DNA of 39,859 nt from NCBI GenBank assembly GCA_046582655.1, contig JAYGDX010000374.1, positions 1 through 39,859 of the forward strand, given 5' to 3'. The translations under genes were made by a program, and so were the position numbers. Position 1 is the stretch's first letter. Every line of letters begins with the position of its first letter. Positions 37,939-39,859 of this stretch are shown here, one piece after another. The notes under the pieces were generated by a model. The model was not told where the DNA came from and made no database searches. It worked only from the letters and a program-made list of their open reading frames with translations. The DNA is from Candidatus Poribacteria bacterium (GTDB lineage Bacteria; Poribacteria; WGA-4E; UBA9662).

Positions 37939-39859
37939 TCACCATGGTTCGGTATAGGAAGGACTATTAGCATAGCGTTCAGTGGTTAGATTGAGGGAGA
38001 TTTCCATACCCGGAGGCAACTCGAGACTTAGATGAGTATCGTTTACGATGACTGTTTGATTTTCGATTTTTAGGGATGGGGACGCATAACTACCGGCATA
38101 ACCACCTAGCCCTCCTGGATATCCACTTGTTCGAATCAGGTATGTCGCTGTACCGAAACGATGTTCACCAAAGGCTCCTGCTTGAATGATTAACTTTCTG
38201 TTTGTGTTAGGATTAAGATTGACTAACCGAACTATCGTGCGCTTTGCTTCTAATTTTTCGACCAAGGCGCCTACATCTTCAGGGAGACCGGGACGACGTC
38301 GTTGAGCATCAAAATAGCGTAACCGGCAGTGAAGTAGCCCACCATTGTAGATTGGCTGGGGGCCGCCGAGGGTTAGTTGGATCAGGGCTTCCGAGGATAT
38401 TGGGTTGCCCCACTGCCAGTGATGAACATGGTGGCGGGTACCCACTGTCTCGTCTTCGCGAATCTGTGCAAGACGTCGACAGACAAGTTGGTGGCTCATG
38501 TGAAGGATCTGCTCAGGGTAGGTTGGATTCTGTCCCGCAAGGTAGCGCACCCAAGGTTGTTCATGGCCTGAGTCTTCTTTGTTGTGAAAGGCGAATACTT
38601 GATTCCATTCGAAAGCCTCAGATTGACGCACTTTCTCGATAGTTTTCCAGTCTTCTTCTAACATAGAAAGGTTCCATAAATTAACCAGGTAAACGGGGGA
38701 TATCGGTTGCCAGTCGAACCAGCCAGCATCGCCATAACGGTAGGGCACTAGAAAGGTTTTATGTTGATCTCCCATAGCGGAAAATTGGCAATCCCATCGT
38801 TCACTAACGCTCATATCATACTGGCGGATATCCTTAATCTCACCGAGTTCGAGGATATAGTTCATCTGGCGCCTTGGAAATTCGAGATACTCGACGTCTT
38901 GGGTCAACAGATAGGCATTAGCGGCGGCATCAAGCGTTGCTTTCTGAAGAGTAAGAAACCCGTGTGGGAAAGTCCAGCCGTATCGACCACCATACCATTT
39001 GCCATTGCAATATTCTCCCACTTGTCCGGAGTGTCCAATATTGTCGGGCAAAAGTCCGTGGTTCTGCTTGGCGCGAGTGACCCAAGCATCGGTGTATTCG
39101 ACTACCCAATCGCGATACTTTTCCTCACCAGTGATCAAAAAAGCATTAGTTACTAAAGAAGTAATAGACAAGTTTGTTGGGGTATCGCCTCTTCTCCAAC
39201 GATCGAATAGAGCTTTCCCCATAGCACTTGCTTTCTTGGGATCGGATAGGTCCTGCACACTGAAGATGCCAGGTAAATCAAAGAAAGGCAGGCTGTAGCG
39301 CTCCATACTACTGCCTAGCGGGGAGTATTTTGCCTTTTTTCGCTCAGATTCCGGTGCATAATATGGCCCTTTGCTACCATTGAGTCCGGAAAGCACGATT
39401 TTATGTATTGGATCGTAGTTGATAGCATCGGGATCTTCATTTAAGTAGAAGCCCGCAAAACGCTGGGCACGCTGGCGGCGTTTGGCAGCGTTTGGATCAG
39501 CCAGACATAGATGATAGAAGAAGACATCACTTTCGGATTGGTGCATCTGGTCTTCTTTGATACCATATTCTTTGTACACTGTTCCCAAACGGGTTAGCTG
39601 CTTGGTAATGGCTTCCCATTGGCGATTGGCTAATGTAAGTAAGTGATCACCACCACCTATGAGGTAAACCAAAGGCCAATTGAAAAAAGGTTCGTAAAAA
39701 TCGTCAGGACTACCGCCACCCCATTCATCCTCCCAGATGAATTCTCCATCCTCTCGCGTAAAGTGGCTAAGAAAAGGATCAACTGACTGATTCATGGATT
39801 CAAGTAATCGCCGTTCCCACACAGCCCAGGAAGGAGGAGATGTGACTGGCACATCAGCA
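37939..39859 (-). CDS. Large conserved hypothetical protein, probable helical (alpha/alpha toroid) carbohydrate-acting enzyme; 5' end probably beyond the window
   Basis: At least 637 aa, with the frame open to the window edge. 'PDDFYEPFFNWPL.Y..GG', 'NAFLITGEEKYRDWV.EY..AW', 'RRPGLPEDVGALV', 'IQAGAFGEHRF'. Confidence 0.7.
   Translation of the reverse strand, partial: ADVPVTSPPSWAVWERRLLESMNQSVDPFLSHFTREDGEFIWEDEWGGGSPDDFYEPFFNWPLVYLIGGGDHLLTLANRQWEAITKQLTRLGTVYKEYGIKEDQMHQSESDVFFYHLCLADPNAAKRRQRAQRFAGFYLNEDPDAINYDPIHKIVLSGLNGSKGPYYAPESERKKAKYSPLGSSMERYSLPFFDLPGIFSVQDLSDPKKASAMGKALFDRWRRGDTPTNLSITSLVTNAFLITGEEKYRDWVVEYTDAWVTRAKQNHGLLPDNIGHSGQVGEYCNGKWYGGRYGWTFPHGFLTLQKATLDAAANAYLLTQDVEYLEFPRRQMNYILELGEIKDIRQYDMSVSERWDCQFSAMGDQHKTFLVPYRYGDAGWFDWQPISPVYLVNLWNLSMLEEDWKTIEKVRQSEAFEWNQVFAFHNKEDSGHEQPWVRYLAGQNPTYPEQILHMSHQLVCRRLAQIREDETVGTRHHVHHWQWGNPISSEALIQLTLGGPQPIYNGGLLHCRLRYFDAQRRRPGLPEDVGALVEKLEAKRTIVRLVNLNPNTNRKLIIQAGAFGEHRFGTATYLIRTSGYPGGLGGYAGSYASPSLKIENQTVIVNDTHLSLELPPGMEISLNLTTERYANSPSYTEPW

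Noticed and set aside
1..39859. CRISPR array, tRNA/rRNA, transposase, integrase, reverse transcriptase
   Set aside because: No regularly spaced repeats, cloverleafs, or DDE, tyrosine-recombinase or RT motifs seen by eye; tool scans could not be run.

Overview
AT-rich bacterial chromosomal segment with about 19 intact metabolic or envelope genes and at least 8 recognisable gene wrecks, plus several weaker ones. The gene mix suggests Candidatus Poribacteria or a similar PVC/FCB-associated marine lineage (inference): PhyH dioxygenases, Gfo/Idh/MocA oxidoreductases, NHL and PQQ-like propellers, LamG proteins ending in an 'xV.S.DK...W..LK' tail, and an FGE-sulfatase and a 'PNPF.PETWIPY' FlgD-Ig/T9SS-type remnant. 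Two visibly GC-richer blocks stand out. One is a czcCBA/cusCBA-like heavy-metal RND operon whose adaptor has both hairpin helices extended by 21-nt (heptad) repeats. The other is a 1395-aa multidomain heparinase II/III-like lyase. Mostly missed by the ORF track are a decayed TIR-TM-WD40 gene whose catalytic Glu appears changed to Lys, an FGE-sulfatase pseudogene, two LamG pseudogenes and several collapsed genes that keep their promoter and both ends. No rRNA, tRNA, CRISPR array or transposase was recognised.
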